Source: Microgenomates group bacterium
GTDB lineage: Bacteria > Patescibacteriota > Microgenomatia > Daviesbacterales > UBA10151
Assembly (NCBI GenBank): GCA_041659805.1
Contig: JBAZXP010000001.1
Coordinates: 640,589-704,588, forward strand
Direction of reading: 5' to 3'
Length of the DNA stretch: 64,000 bases
A program made the position numbers and the translations under genes. This document shows positions 39,715-47,668 of the stretch, piece after piece. The notes below the pieces were generated by a model. It searched no databases, was not told where the DNA came from, and saw nothing but the letters and a program-made list of their open reading frames with translations. How positions within the stretch are numbered: position 1 is the first letter of the stretch; each line of letters begins with the position of its first letter.

Positions 39715-40374
39715 AAGGGTAAATTCACCTTTTGGTTGTTGCTTTTTAAAGTCCTCTAGCCATTCAGAAATTTTTTGCTTTTTTACGTTTTGATGTAATT
39801 TGGTTAATTCTTTTTCAAGTACGATTTCAAAATCACTTCCATAAATAGTCTGCATGTCTTCTAAAGTCCTGATTAATTTATGGGGAGCAACATAAGTGAT
39901 AAAGGTGGTTGAGATCAGCTCATTAATATTAAGTAGCTTTTTTAGTAGTTCAGTTCTTTTTCCCTGTTTTTCAGGCAAATAACCTAAAAACATAAATTTG
40001 TCCGGCGGTAGACCTGATAAAGTTAAAGCAACTATAGCAGCTGTTGGGCCGGGTAGAGAATCTACTGTAATATCTTGTGCCAGACATTCTCTGATCAGTT
40101 TATACCCTGGGTCAGAAACTAAGGGTGTCCCAGCATCAGAAACAAGGCATAAATTTTTACCATTTTGTAATCTGTTTATAACAACCGGGAACATCTTAAA
40201 TTCATTATTGTCATTTAAGACCACCATAGGTTTTTTAATTTCAAAGTGATGAAGAAGTAAACCAGTGTGTCTGGAATCCTCACAAATTACCGCATCACAA
40301 CTTTTTAGAGCTTCAAGAGCCCTTAAAGTGATATCTTTTAAATTTCCAATAGGTGTTGATACAATAGTTAACAT
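39694..40374 (-). CDS. rsmI: 16S rRNA (cytidine1402-2'-O)-methyltransferase RsmI (tetrapyrrole-methylase fold)
   Basis: MLTIVSTPIGNLKDITLRALEALKSCDAVICEDSRHTGLLL, the canonical RsmI N-terminus. Confidence 0.85.
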   Translation of the reverse strand: MLTIVSTPIGNLKDITLRALEALKSCDAVICEDSRHTGLLLHHFEIKKPMVVLNDNNEFKMFPVVINRLQNGKNLCLVSDAGTPLVSDPGYKLIRECLAQDITVDSLPGPTAAIVALTLSGLPPDKFMFLGYLPEKQGKRTELLKKLLNINELISTTFITYVAPHKLIRTLEDMQTIYGSDFEIVLEKELTKLHQNVKKQKISEWLEDFKKQQPKGEFTLLLGFNS

Positions 40375-40394
40375 ACATTTGTATTATATAACTT

Positions 40395-41018
40395 ATGCTT
40401 GAAGCTGTCGCTGGTTGGGTCATCAATTTAATATCTAGCTTAGGTTATCCAGGAATCGTAATTGCCATGGCAATCGAGTCAGCCTTAATTCCTTTGCCTT
40501 CAGAAATTATCATGCCTTTTTCTGGATACTTAGCCTCAATTGGGAAATTTAGCTTATTTTGGGTTGCAATGGCAGGAGCTGTTGGTAATGTAATAGGATC
40601 TTTGATTGCTTATGCGATTGGTTATTACGGGCATGAAAAACTGGTTAGAAGGTTTATTAGAAAATTTGGTAAATGGATTTTAATTTCTGAAGATGAATTA
40701 GATGAAACAGAAAAATTATTACACAAATATAAGGATTTAGTTGTATTAGGAAGTAGGGTTGTCCCTGGAATAAGAACCGTAATTTCTCTGCCTTGTGGTT
40801 TTGCCAAACTACCATTATTCAGATTTATCATCATGACATTTATAGGTTCCTTTATTTGGTCATATTTTCTGGCATGGATTGGTTTTTTCATGGGAGAAAA
40901 TTGGGATACTTTGGGACCATACTTTCATAAAGCAGATGCAGCAATTATTGTTTTAATTTTAGTAGCAGTAGGCCTTTATATCAGATATAAACTCAAAAAG
41001 AACAAGGTTGACAAGTAA
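40395..41018 (+). CDS. DedA/SNARE-associated family membrane protein
   Basis: A 207-aa product with multiple TM helices and the DedA motif (GYPGIVIAMAIESALIPLPSEIIMPFSGYLA). Confidence 0.8.
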   Translation: MLEAVAGWVINLISSLGYPGIVIAMAIESALIPLPSEIIMPFSGYLASIGKFSLFWVAMAGAVGNVIGSLIAYAIGYYGHEKLVRRFIRKFGKWILISEDELDETEKLLHKYKDLVVLGSRVVPGIRTVISLPCGFAKLPLFRFIIMTFIGSFIWSYFLAWIGFFMGENWDTLGPYFHKADAAIIVLILVAVGLYIRYKLKKNKVDK

Positions 41019-41505
41019 CCCTCCAGAAGCATATTATCGGCTTATGTCTGCAGAAAATACAAATAAATGCGCTATCTCTCCTGAAACTTATGGTTTAATG
41101 CCTGACGGAACCTTGCCTCCAGTAGCAAAAAGAACTTCAAGGCTAATATTACCTACTGGCTTATTAATGCTTGTTTGCGTAGGGATTTTAGGAGTTAGCC
41201 AGATGAAAAATGTTTCAGCACAGGGAAATATAAATGATATTAAACCAACTCCTGAATCAACTGCGTGTGCTCAAGTGATAACTAGAGCTAAAAACAGAGT
41301 AACAAATATAATTAGATGTTTTTCAGATGCATGTTTTGATAGGATTGAATGGGAAGAAATGCCTTCTGATTCTGGTTGTGACGAGTCAACAACACATAAA
41401 ATTTTTGTTCCAAGAGTTAATAATCAATATCAAGAACCTGATGATTACCCTGAAGTTGGACCACAACCCGATCAGCCCAGAACAATAATTCCTATAGGAA
41501 ATTAA
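41008..41505 (+). CDS. Hypothetical membrane-anchored or secreted protein
   Basis: A 165-aa ORF with an internal hydrophobic segment (LILPTGLLMLVCVGILGV). The true start is uncertain and no motif is present. Confidence 0.3.
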   Translation: MTSNPPEAYYRLMSAENTNKCAISPETYGLMPDGTLPPVAKRTSRLILPTGLLMLVCVGILGVSQMKNVSAQGNINDIKPTPESTACAQVITRAKNRVTNIIRCFSDACFDRIEWEEMPSDSGCDESTTHKIFVPRVNNQYQEPDDYPEVGPQPDQPRTIIPIGN

Positions 41506-41600
41506 AATCTTTCTATAATATCTATATACAGCAGTAAATATTTTTTAAATAGCGGAAGGTATTATTGATTGATATTTATTTTTTGATATAATAACAAAAT

Positions 41601-41864
41601 ATGATTAATGCAAAAGAAGGAAAACATGTTATTGTTAAGTCTAATACTATAGTTGGAACTGTTTACTCACAGCTTGTTGGGGTTACCATCACCGATATTG
41701 ATTTGACATTAGAATTTGTTTATGTAAATCCAAGACCTAATCAAGAAGGAACTAATGAAGGCGCAGTTGTAGCTAGGGTAACACTTCCGATAGAAGCAGC
41801 AAAAGGTCTTTCTGAAACTATAAAGGATACGTTGACAAAACATTTTGCTAAGAAAGGGAACTAA
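41601..41864 (+). CDS. Hypothetical small protein, first in a three-gene mini-operon
   Basis: An 87-aa product that is unrecognised. It is separated by 1 nt from the next ORF. Confidence 0.35.
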   Translation: MINAKEGKHVIVKSNTIVGTVYSQLVGVTITDIDLTLEFVYVNPRPNQEGTNEGAVVARVTLPIEAAKGLSETIKDTLTKHFAKKGN

Positions 41865-41865
41865 A

Positions 41866-42156
41866 ATGCCACAAGGTTATATCGATCCAACTTTTTCTGA
41901 ACCTACAAAAATGCCTAAATGGGGTAAAAAAATTACTGCGGATAATGAAACGGATTGGGGCGAAGGTCATTTTGTAGTATGGGTTTCTAATTATCCTTCT
42001 TATCTTGATTTTGCAGAAGAAGAATCATTTAAGAAGCTTTTGCTTAATTCTGAATTTATCGAAGAGGTTAGAGAGACAGATAAACTTTTTGAAACAAATT
42101 CTACCAGTTTTGCTAATCTCTCTGAACTTTATAGAAAAATAAAAAAGAGCAGATGA
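41866..42156 (+). CDS. Hypothetical protein, putative antitoxin partner of the downstream RelE/ParE-like gene
   Basis: ATG at 41866. Its stop is 1 nt before the start of the next gene (aga TGA g ATG), which implies translational coupling. No recognisable antitoxin fold. Confidence 0.35.
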   Translation: MPQGYIDPTFSEPTKMPKWGKKITADNETDWGEGHFVVWVSNYPSYLDFAEEESFKKLLLNSEFIEEVRETDKLFETNSTSFANLSELYRKIKKSR

Positions 42157-42157
42157 G

Positions 42158-42460
42158 ATGTATACAATTACAGGTAAATCAGGCTCTATAGATAGAGATT
42201 TCGAAAAAATAATCAATTCCATAACCATAGTTCAAGCTGAAGAGTTAGTTAATATTTTGGAAAATTTTCCAAAAGGGAACTCAACTACACACAAAAGTAT
42301 TAAATGTGTTTATTGTGATGGAAAAAAATTATGGCAATACGATTTAACTTGGGGGGACAGGGTTATTTATAAAGTAATAGATAAAGGTAAAATTGTGCTT
42401 ATATATTATATTGGTGATCATAAAGGTGCTGAAACTTTTCGTAGAAGAGGTAGTGTTTAA
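42158..42460 (+). CDS. RelE/ParE-superfamily (YafQ/HigB-like) toxin candidate
   Basis: A 100-aa product. LWQYDLTWGDRVIYKVIDKGKIVLIYYIGDHKGAETF matches the RelE/ParE C-terminal pattern [DG]xRhIYxh-x6-hxhhxIGxH[RK]. Confidence 0.55.
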   Translation: MYTITGKSGSIDRDFEKIINSITIVQAEELVNILENFPKGNSTTHKSIKCVYCDGKKLWQYDLTWGDRVIYKVIDKGKIVLIYYIGDHKGAETFRRRGSV

Positions 42461-42478
42461 AAAATCAGTGAAATTTAA

Positions 42479-43093
42479 CTAAAATCTCCTGATTACTCCT
42501 ACACATTTACCCTGAATTTTAACGTCTGTTGCATAAATTGGCTCCATGGCTGAATTTGCAGGTTCTAACCTGATTCTGGTTGCCTCACGGTAGAATTTTT
42601 TAAGGGTAGCCAGTCCGTTTTCAAGAAGCGCTACCACTATTTCACCATTGTTGGCAGAAGTTTGTTCTTCAATGATGACGTAATCACCATCCAGAATTCC
42701 TTCTTCAATCATTGAATCACCTTTAACCTGGAGCACAAAAGAACGTTTTTTGCCTGTGATCATATTGGTTGGTACATTTACTGTGGCGTTTGGATCCGTG
42801 TAAACCATAATCGGTTGTCCTGCTGCAATAAAGCCTAATATTGGCAACTCTATTCCTTTTAAGCCTTGAGCTATTTGTGCGTCCAGCACTTCTATTCCTC
42901 TGATTGCTCCTTCAAACTTTTTGATTAATCCCTTATGAACTAAGGCCTGTAAATGTTCGTGAACTGTAGCAAGAGAAGAAACTCCAATGCTGTTGGCAAT
43001 TTCAGCTAAGGTAGGTGAATATCCATATTTTTCAATATATTGTTTAATAAAATCCAGTATTTGTCTTTGGCGTTTGTATAAAGTTATCGGCAT
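42479..43093 (-). CDS. lexA: LexA repressor (S24 peptidase)
   Basis: The start is chosen at MPITLYKRQRQILDFIKQ. The winged HTH is SPTLAEIANSIGVSSLATVHEHLQALVHKGLI, the cleavage site is AAG, the catalytic Ser is in VKGDSM and the catalytic Lys is in VALLENGLATLKK. Confidence 0.85.
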   Translation of the reverse strand: MPITLYKRQRQILDFIKQYIEKYGYSPTLAEIANSIGVSSLATVHEHLQALVHKGLIKKFEGAIRGIEVLDAQIAQGLKGIELPILGFIAAGQPIMVYTDPNATVNVPTNMITGKKRSFVLQVKGDSMIEEGILDGDYVIIEEQTSANNGEIVVALLENGLATLKKFYREATRIRLEPANSAMEPIYATDVKIQGKCVGVIRRF

Positions 43094-43179
43094 ATATTTT
43101 CGCTTTTTGTTTGTGTATTTAAGATACCAAAGACAACCCGAATATGTCAACTAGGTAAAAATATATCATTTCTAGTTAC

Positions 43180-43208
43180 TTGACAGAGACTGCAATAAAA
43201 GCTTATAA
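43180..43208 (+). promoter_or_regulatory. Sigma70-like promoter (TTGACA-N17-TTATAA) for the TasA-like operon
   Basis: TTGACA at 43180-43185, a 17-nt spacer, and TTATAA at 43203-43208, about 155 nt upstream of the 43365 start. A strong RBS (AAAGGAGGTG) lies at 43349-43358. Confidence 0.4.
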
Positions 43209-43295
43209 CAATATTTGTACTGATTAACTGCCTCAAGGATGAAATTATGATCATTTTTCTCCAAGTTCAAATAAAAAATTTACTTTGTAAATTAG

Positions 43296-43324
43296 AAAAC
43301 CAGCCAATTTAGAGCTGGTTTTTT
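43296..43324. terminator. Intrinsic-terminator-like hairpin in the 5' leader between the promoter and the TasA-like start. It is a possible attenuator, or a bidirectional terminator shared with the lexA side.
   Basis: AAAACCAGC-caatttaga-GCTGGTTTT followed by TTTTG. The palindrome is flanked by A-run and T-run, so it is competent in both orientations. Confidence 0.35.
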
Positions 43325-43364
43325 GTAAGAAAAATTCAATTTTTAAGGGAAAGGAGGTGAAAAA

Positions 43365-44336
43365 ATGAAAAAAATACTTTTAAGCATAATGGCTATTGCC
43401 TTAGTGGCAACAGCCGGAATTTACTCTACAAGAGCATATTTTACCGATACCGAAGTCTCAACCGGAAATGAAATTCAGGCAGGGACAATCGATATCTCAG
43501 TTGATGGAGAAAATCCTTGGTCTAGAACATATACTGAAAACTGGACAGATTTTAAGCCTGGTGTAACTAAGGAAATGACCTTTGTGGTAAGAAATGAGGG
43601 CGCTAATCCAGTGGTTTTGAGAAAAATGTTGGAAAATTTCGTAGCCAGCACAGGATCTCAAACTGAACCGGAATGTGCAGCAGAACTTGGATCATGGGGT
43701 GAAGGATGTACTGGAATGACTGCAGAGGATAATGATTTATCCAAAGTCATGATTTACAGTATGACTGTTACTCCGGAAGGCGGTTCCCCAATTGTTGTTT
43801 TACCAGAAAGTTTAGGTAAGACCATGGCTAACGTTGAAGATCTCTGGTTCCCATTGGGAACAATTGAACCTGGTCAGACTTTAACAGTTACTCAAAGCTA
43901 CAAAATGAGTCCAGATGCAGGTAATCAATATCAAGGTGATACTTTAACCTTTGATATCAAGTTATTTGCAGAACAAAGACTTGGGCTTGGTGTAGATACC
44001 TCTAACGGAGTCGTTGTTGATAACAAAACAGGTGATCCTGATTGGTATTCAATGGTTGACGGCACTTTTGGAGTATTGAACAAGACAGGAGCAACAGACT
44101 ATACCTTTAATGGTTATGGTTTGGAAGCAGGGGCAACGTATCGTTTAGTTTACTCAGTTGATCCATATGGAAGCTTTACACAGCTTGCTAGTGGAGTAGC
44201 AACAGGTGGAACTATAACTTTATCCGGAAGCAATCTTCCTTTGTCTTTAACAGGCAAGGTTTGGTTACTATACGGTTCAAGTGGATGGGGTAATAATCTC
44301 AAAAACTTGTGGGAAGTTAACTTAATTAGCTATTAA
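43365..44336 (+). CDS. TasA/camelysin (peptidase M73)-family secreted protein with a SipW-cognate class signal peptide
   Basis: The N-terminus MKKILLSIMAIALVATAGIYSTRAYFTDTEVSTGNEIQAGTIDISVDG is the SipW-cognate motif (AYF[ST]D.E...N.F.AGT.D). The C-terminal motif NQYQGDTLTFDIKLFAEQ is typical of TasA/CalY. Confidence 0.75.
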   Translation: MKKILLSIMAIALVATAGIYSTRAYFTDTEVSTGNEIQAGTIDISVDGENPWSRTYTENWTDFKPGVTKEMTFVVRNEGANPVVLRKMLENFVASTGSQTEPECAAELGSWGEGCTGMTAEDNDLSKVMIYSMTVTPEGGSPIVVLPESLGKTMANVEDLWFPLGTIEPGQTLTVTQSYKMSPDAGNQYQGDTLTFDIKLFAEQRLGLGVDTSNGVVVDNKTGDPDWYSMVDGTFGVLNKTGATDYTFNGYGLEAGATYRLVYSVDPYGSFTQLASGVATGGTITLSGSNLPLSLTGKVWLLYGSSGWGNNLKNLWEVNLISY

Positions 44337-44397
44337 TTTTTTTTAGTTAATTGGTTTTTTGGGAGCCGAAGAAGTTTTCGGCTTCCTCTAAAGCCTT

Positions 44398-45027
44398 ATG
44401 AAAAAAATAGGAAATATATTTTACTGGATTTGTCTGACATTGCTAATTTTTGTGGCTATTGCAACAGCTTTTACTGTGTTGGAAGCTCCCGGTGGATACA
44501 GGTTATTTTTAGTTAGATCAGGTTCCATGGAACCTGCAGTTAAGACAGGATCAATAGTATTGGTGGCACCACAGACAAAATATTCAGCCGGAGATATTGT
44601 AACTTTTTTGAATAAAACTACAGCCAAATTAAAAGATCCCAATTCAACTACAACTCACAGAATTACTAAAGTTTCAGATGATGAGGGAAGGCCCACTTAT
44701 CAAACAAAAGGCGATGCCAACCGTTCTGCTGATATGGAATCAATTACTCAAAGACAAATTTTAGGAAAAGTTTTGTTAGTGATTCCTTTGATAGGTTATC
44801 TTATTGCTTTTACCAAGACTCAAGTGGGTTTTATCGCGTTTATTATTGTGCCTATCACCTTAATTATTTTTAGTGAACTATTGACAATAAAAAAAGAAAC
44901 TCAAAGATTGATGAGCGAAAGAAAAAGCAGAAAGTTAACAGCAATAGAACGAGTAGAAGAAAAAATCGGAGAAGAAATTATTAAAATCAAAAAAGTTACC
45001 AAAAAGAAAACCAAAAATAAAAAATGA
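44398..45027 (+). CDS. sipW: Signal peptidase I, SipW type (archaeal/ER-type S26B)
   Basis: N-terminal TM helix, then LFLVRSGSMEPAVKTGSIVLVAP with the SGSMEP catalytic-Ser motif. A C-terminal TM helix and a Lys-rich tail are present. Confidence 0.8.
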   Translation: MKKIGNIFYWICLTLLIFVAIATAFTVLEAPGGYRLFLVRSGSMEPAVKTGSIVLVAPQTKYSAGDIVTFLNKTTAKLKDPNSTTTHRITKVSDDEGRPTYQTKGDANRSADMESITQRQILGKVLLVIPLIGYLIAFTKTQVGFIAFIIVPITLIIFSELLTIKKETQRLMSERKSRKLTAIERVEEKIGEEIIKIKKVTKKKTKNKK

Positions 45028-46382
45028 TCAAAAACCTATTATTAAAAATTAGCGTAATGGTGTTTGTTTTTAGTTTTAGTTTTGTGGGAGTTACATATGG
45101 GAGAGTTAATCCTGCCGGTTTCAATGATTTTGAAGAGTCTGCCGGAAATAATTTGCAGGCTTCGACTTTGGATTTTTCCTTAAGAAACTCAGACGGAAGT
45201 TTGATAACTCCTCCTTTATTTAATGTTTCATCATTTAAACCGGAAGACAGTTCTTCAAAAAGTGCTGTTATTAAAAAAGACGGTACTTTGGATTTTAACT
45301 ACAATATTTCAGCAGCTAAAATAGGTGATGATAATTTATGTTCTGCCCTTCAAATTGAGGCTAAATTGGATGGGGTAACCAAATACAGCGGTAATTTACT
45401 AGGTTTAAACACCACACCGGCAATAACAATCACAGGAGATCAGGATGACTGGACTTTTAGAGTGACTTTAGTAAATTCAGATGCTTCTTTGCAGGATAAA
45501 ACATGTAACTTTAATATTGCGTACCGAGGTTGGCAGACAGATTCTGACGGAACATGGGGATTTAGTGATGAAGAAATATTAAGTAATAATGTGAGCACCG
45601 GGAATTGGGGAGCGATTTCTGCAGGAGACGTCATTATTAATGAGGTGATGTGGATGGGGTCAACAGAATCTACGGCTGATGAATGGCTGGAACTTCGAAA
45701 TATGACTAATCATGAAATAGATATTGGTAAATGGACACTGGATAATACAAAAGATGGTGGAGCTAGAAAATTAATGATTCCGGCGAGTAGAAGTATCCCG
45801 GCCAATGGTTATTTTCTTATTGCTAATTATCCAAAAACAAGTGCAAATTCGGTTCTTAATGTAGATGTAGATGAAGTAGCCAATTTAGAACTCCTTAATT
45901 CTGAAAATGGAAATATTATATTAAAGGATAAAAACGGAAATATTATAGATCAAGCTAAAGGTGATAGTTGGCCTGTAGGCGAAAATGGAACAGATAAAAA
46001 ATCTATGGAGAGAAACAATACACCTGGTGATGGAACACAGATAAGTAATTGGCATTTATGTATAAATTCATTCTGTAATGACACAACATATTGGGATAGT
46101 GAAGGACGAAATTATGGAACACCGAAAGCTGTAAACTTATCTGAAAATGATCCGACCTCACCGGATTACATTCCTTCGCTGGCTCCGCCAATCGAGGTTT
46201 CTTCCTCAGCCATTTTGAATATTAGCCCTACTCCGGAGTCCAGCGGATCTGCTTCAATTGTTCCTACGCCTTCAGAAACACCAACTCCAACTCCTGTTTC
46301 TGAACCAAGCCCGACGCCAACAGCTGTAATAATACCTGAATCAACACCTGCTCCCACAGAAACACAGATTCCTACACCATGA
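45024..46382 (+). CDS. Secreted protein with a SipW-cognate-type N-terminus, a lamin-tail domain (LTD) and a C-terminal Pro/Thr-rich linker
   Basis: Signal helix, then RVNPAGFNDFEESAGNNLQASTLDF, which is SipW-cognate-like. The LTD motif is GDVIINEVMWMGSTESTADEWLELRNMTNHEIDIGKWTL. The PT-rich tail is TPSETPTPTPVSEPSPTPT. Confidence 0.6.
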   Translation: MIKNLLLKISVMVFVFSFSFVGVTYGRVNPAGFNDFEESAGNNLQASTLDFSLRNSDGSLITPPLFNVSSFKPEDSSSKSAVIKKDGTLDFNYNISAAKIGDDNLCSALQIEAKLDGVTKYSGNLLGLNTTPAITITGDQDDWTFRVTLVNSDASLQDKTCNFNIAYRGWQTDSDGTWGFSDEEILSNNVSTGNWGAISAGDVIINEVMWMGSTESTADEWLELRNMTNHEIDIGKWTLDNTKDGGARKLMIPASRSIPANGYFLIANYPKTSANSVLNVDVDEVANLELLNSENGNIILKDKNGNIIDQAKGDSWPVGENGTDKKSMERNNTPGDGTQISNWHLCINSFCNDTTYWDSEGRNYGTPKAVNLSENDPTSPDYIPSLAPPIEVSSSAILNISPTPESSGSASIVPTPSETPTPTPVSEPSPTPTAVIIPESTPAPTETQIPTP

Positions 46383-47623
46383 AAAAAATTATAACTATCA
46401 TTCTTTTTATTTTGTTCTTTGGGTTATCTGCGCCGAGTGTTTTAGCAGCAGATTTAAATGTTGAATGTAACGGTTCCGGTTCATGCTCCAAAAGCGGTAT
46501 GGATCCATTATTTAGTGAATCAAGTGATGGAAGTTGGGTTCCTGGTGTTAATTTAATTAAAACAATCAACCTAAAAAATTCAAGTTCAGAAACTAAACAA
46601 ATTGCTGTTAAAGCTGCCAGAACTTCCGAGGCAGATATTTTAGAAAATGTAATGTTGGTTGACGTAGCACCCTTAGGAGGAGTAAATATTTTTTCAGGAA
46701 ATCTTGCTGATTTTTATGATCTGGATCATATTAACTTAGGTAATTTAGCGCCTGGTGAAAATAAAGATATTAATTTTTTAGTTACGATGTCTCCTTTGGC
46801 AGGGAATGAATATCAGGGTAGAAAAACAGTCTTTGATTTAACCTTAGGTTTTTGGGCTACTGAAACAACAACCTCCGGAGGCGGTGATGTTGCAGGTACA
46901 TCAACCGGCACGGGAGGGCCTTCTGTCTGTACGGATTCTAAGCCAGGTACCCCAATTAATTTAGCCGTAATTGTCGGGCCAAATTCTGATCAAGTTACAT
47001 TGTTCTGGTCTGGGGTTTCTCCCTACACATCCTTTTTGATTGCTTATTCCGATACTCCCGATGCTCCAAAATGGGGAAATCCTGATGTTGGAAATGTATC
47101 CTCGTATATAGTATCAGGCTTACCAAATGGGACATTCTTTTTTTGGGTAAGGGAGAACAATAGTTGTATGCCGGGAGATTTTGCAGGTCCGGTCTCCGTA
47201 TTTTTAAGCTCAAGTTCTGCTACAGGTTTGGCCGGAGGTTTTCAGGAAAATGTTTTAGGCATCAATTCCGATAAAGAGTCAACACCGTCCGGAAAATTAT
47301 CGGAAGGAACGCAAAGCGGTGAAGTTGCAGGAATCGAAACAGGCATTTGTCAAAGTTGTCTTTGGTGGCCAATTTTATTATTGGAATTTATTGCGTTGCT
47401 TACCTTTTATCATTTAGTTTTGAAAAAATATGGATCCAAAAATAATTATTTCATCTCCACCCTTATTCCATTATCAGTCTATCTTGTTTTTCAGTCTTTG
47501 AATAAAAGTTGTGTCAGCAGTATTTTTTTCTGTCGTTACTTTTGGTTGCTTGACGGTGGTTTATTTCTTGTCTTCATGGTACTGATTAAAGGTTGGAAAG
47601 ATCTGACTAATTCTTCAAAATAA
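46379..47623 (+). CDS. Secreted TasA-like domain fused to an FN3-like domain and a C-terminal polytopic membrane anchor
   Basis: Signal peptide. GNEYQGRKTVFDLTLGFWATE repeats the TasA/camelysin C-terminal motif. The FN3-like region is PGTPINLAVIVGPNSDQVTLFWSGVS...GTFFFWVREN. The C-terminus has 3 to 4 TM helices (WWPILLLEFIALLTFYHLV, ISTLIPLSVYLVF, LLDGGLFLVFMVLI). Confidence 0.5.
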   Translation: MKKIITIILFILFFGLSAPSVLAADLNVECNGSGSCSKSGMDPLFSESSDGSWVPGVNLIKTINLKNSSSETKQIAVKAARTSEADILENVMLVDVAPLGGVNIFSGNLADFYDLDHINLGNLAPGENKDINFLVTMSPLAGNEYQGRKTVFDLTLGFWATETTTSGGGDVAGTSTGTGGPSVCTDSKPGTPINLAVIVGPNSDQVTLFWSGVSPYTSFLIAYSDTPDAPKWGNPDVGNVSSYIVSGLPNGTFFFWVRENNSCMPGDFAGPVSVFLSSSSATGLAGGFQENVLGINSDKESTPSGKLSEGTQSGEVAGIETGICQSCLWWPILLLEFIALLTFYHLVLKKYGSKNNYFISTLIPLSVYLVFQSLNKSCVSSIFFCRYFWLLDGGLFLVFMVLIKGWKDLTNSSK

Positions 47624-47668
47624 GAGTACTTCATCTCTAAGAACTTCCGGGTGTTATACTAAATATTA

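Noticed and set aside
46166-46382. Repetitive ACT/CCA/CCT-rich DNA that could be mistaken for a tandem repeat or CRISPR-like array
   Set aside because: It encodes the Pro/Thr-rich linker at the C-terminus of the LTD protein. There are no spacer-repeat regularities. No CRISPR array exists in the window.
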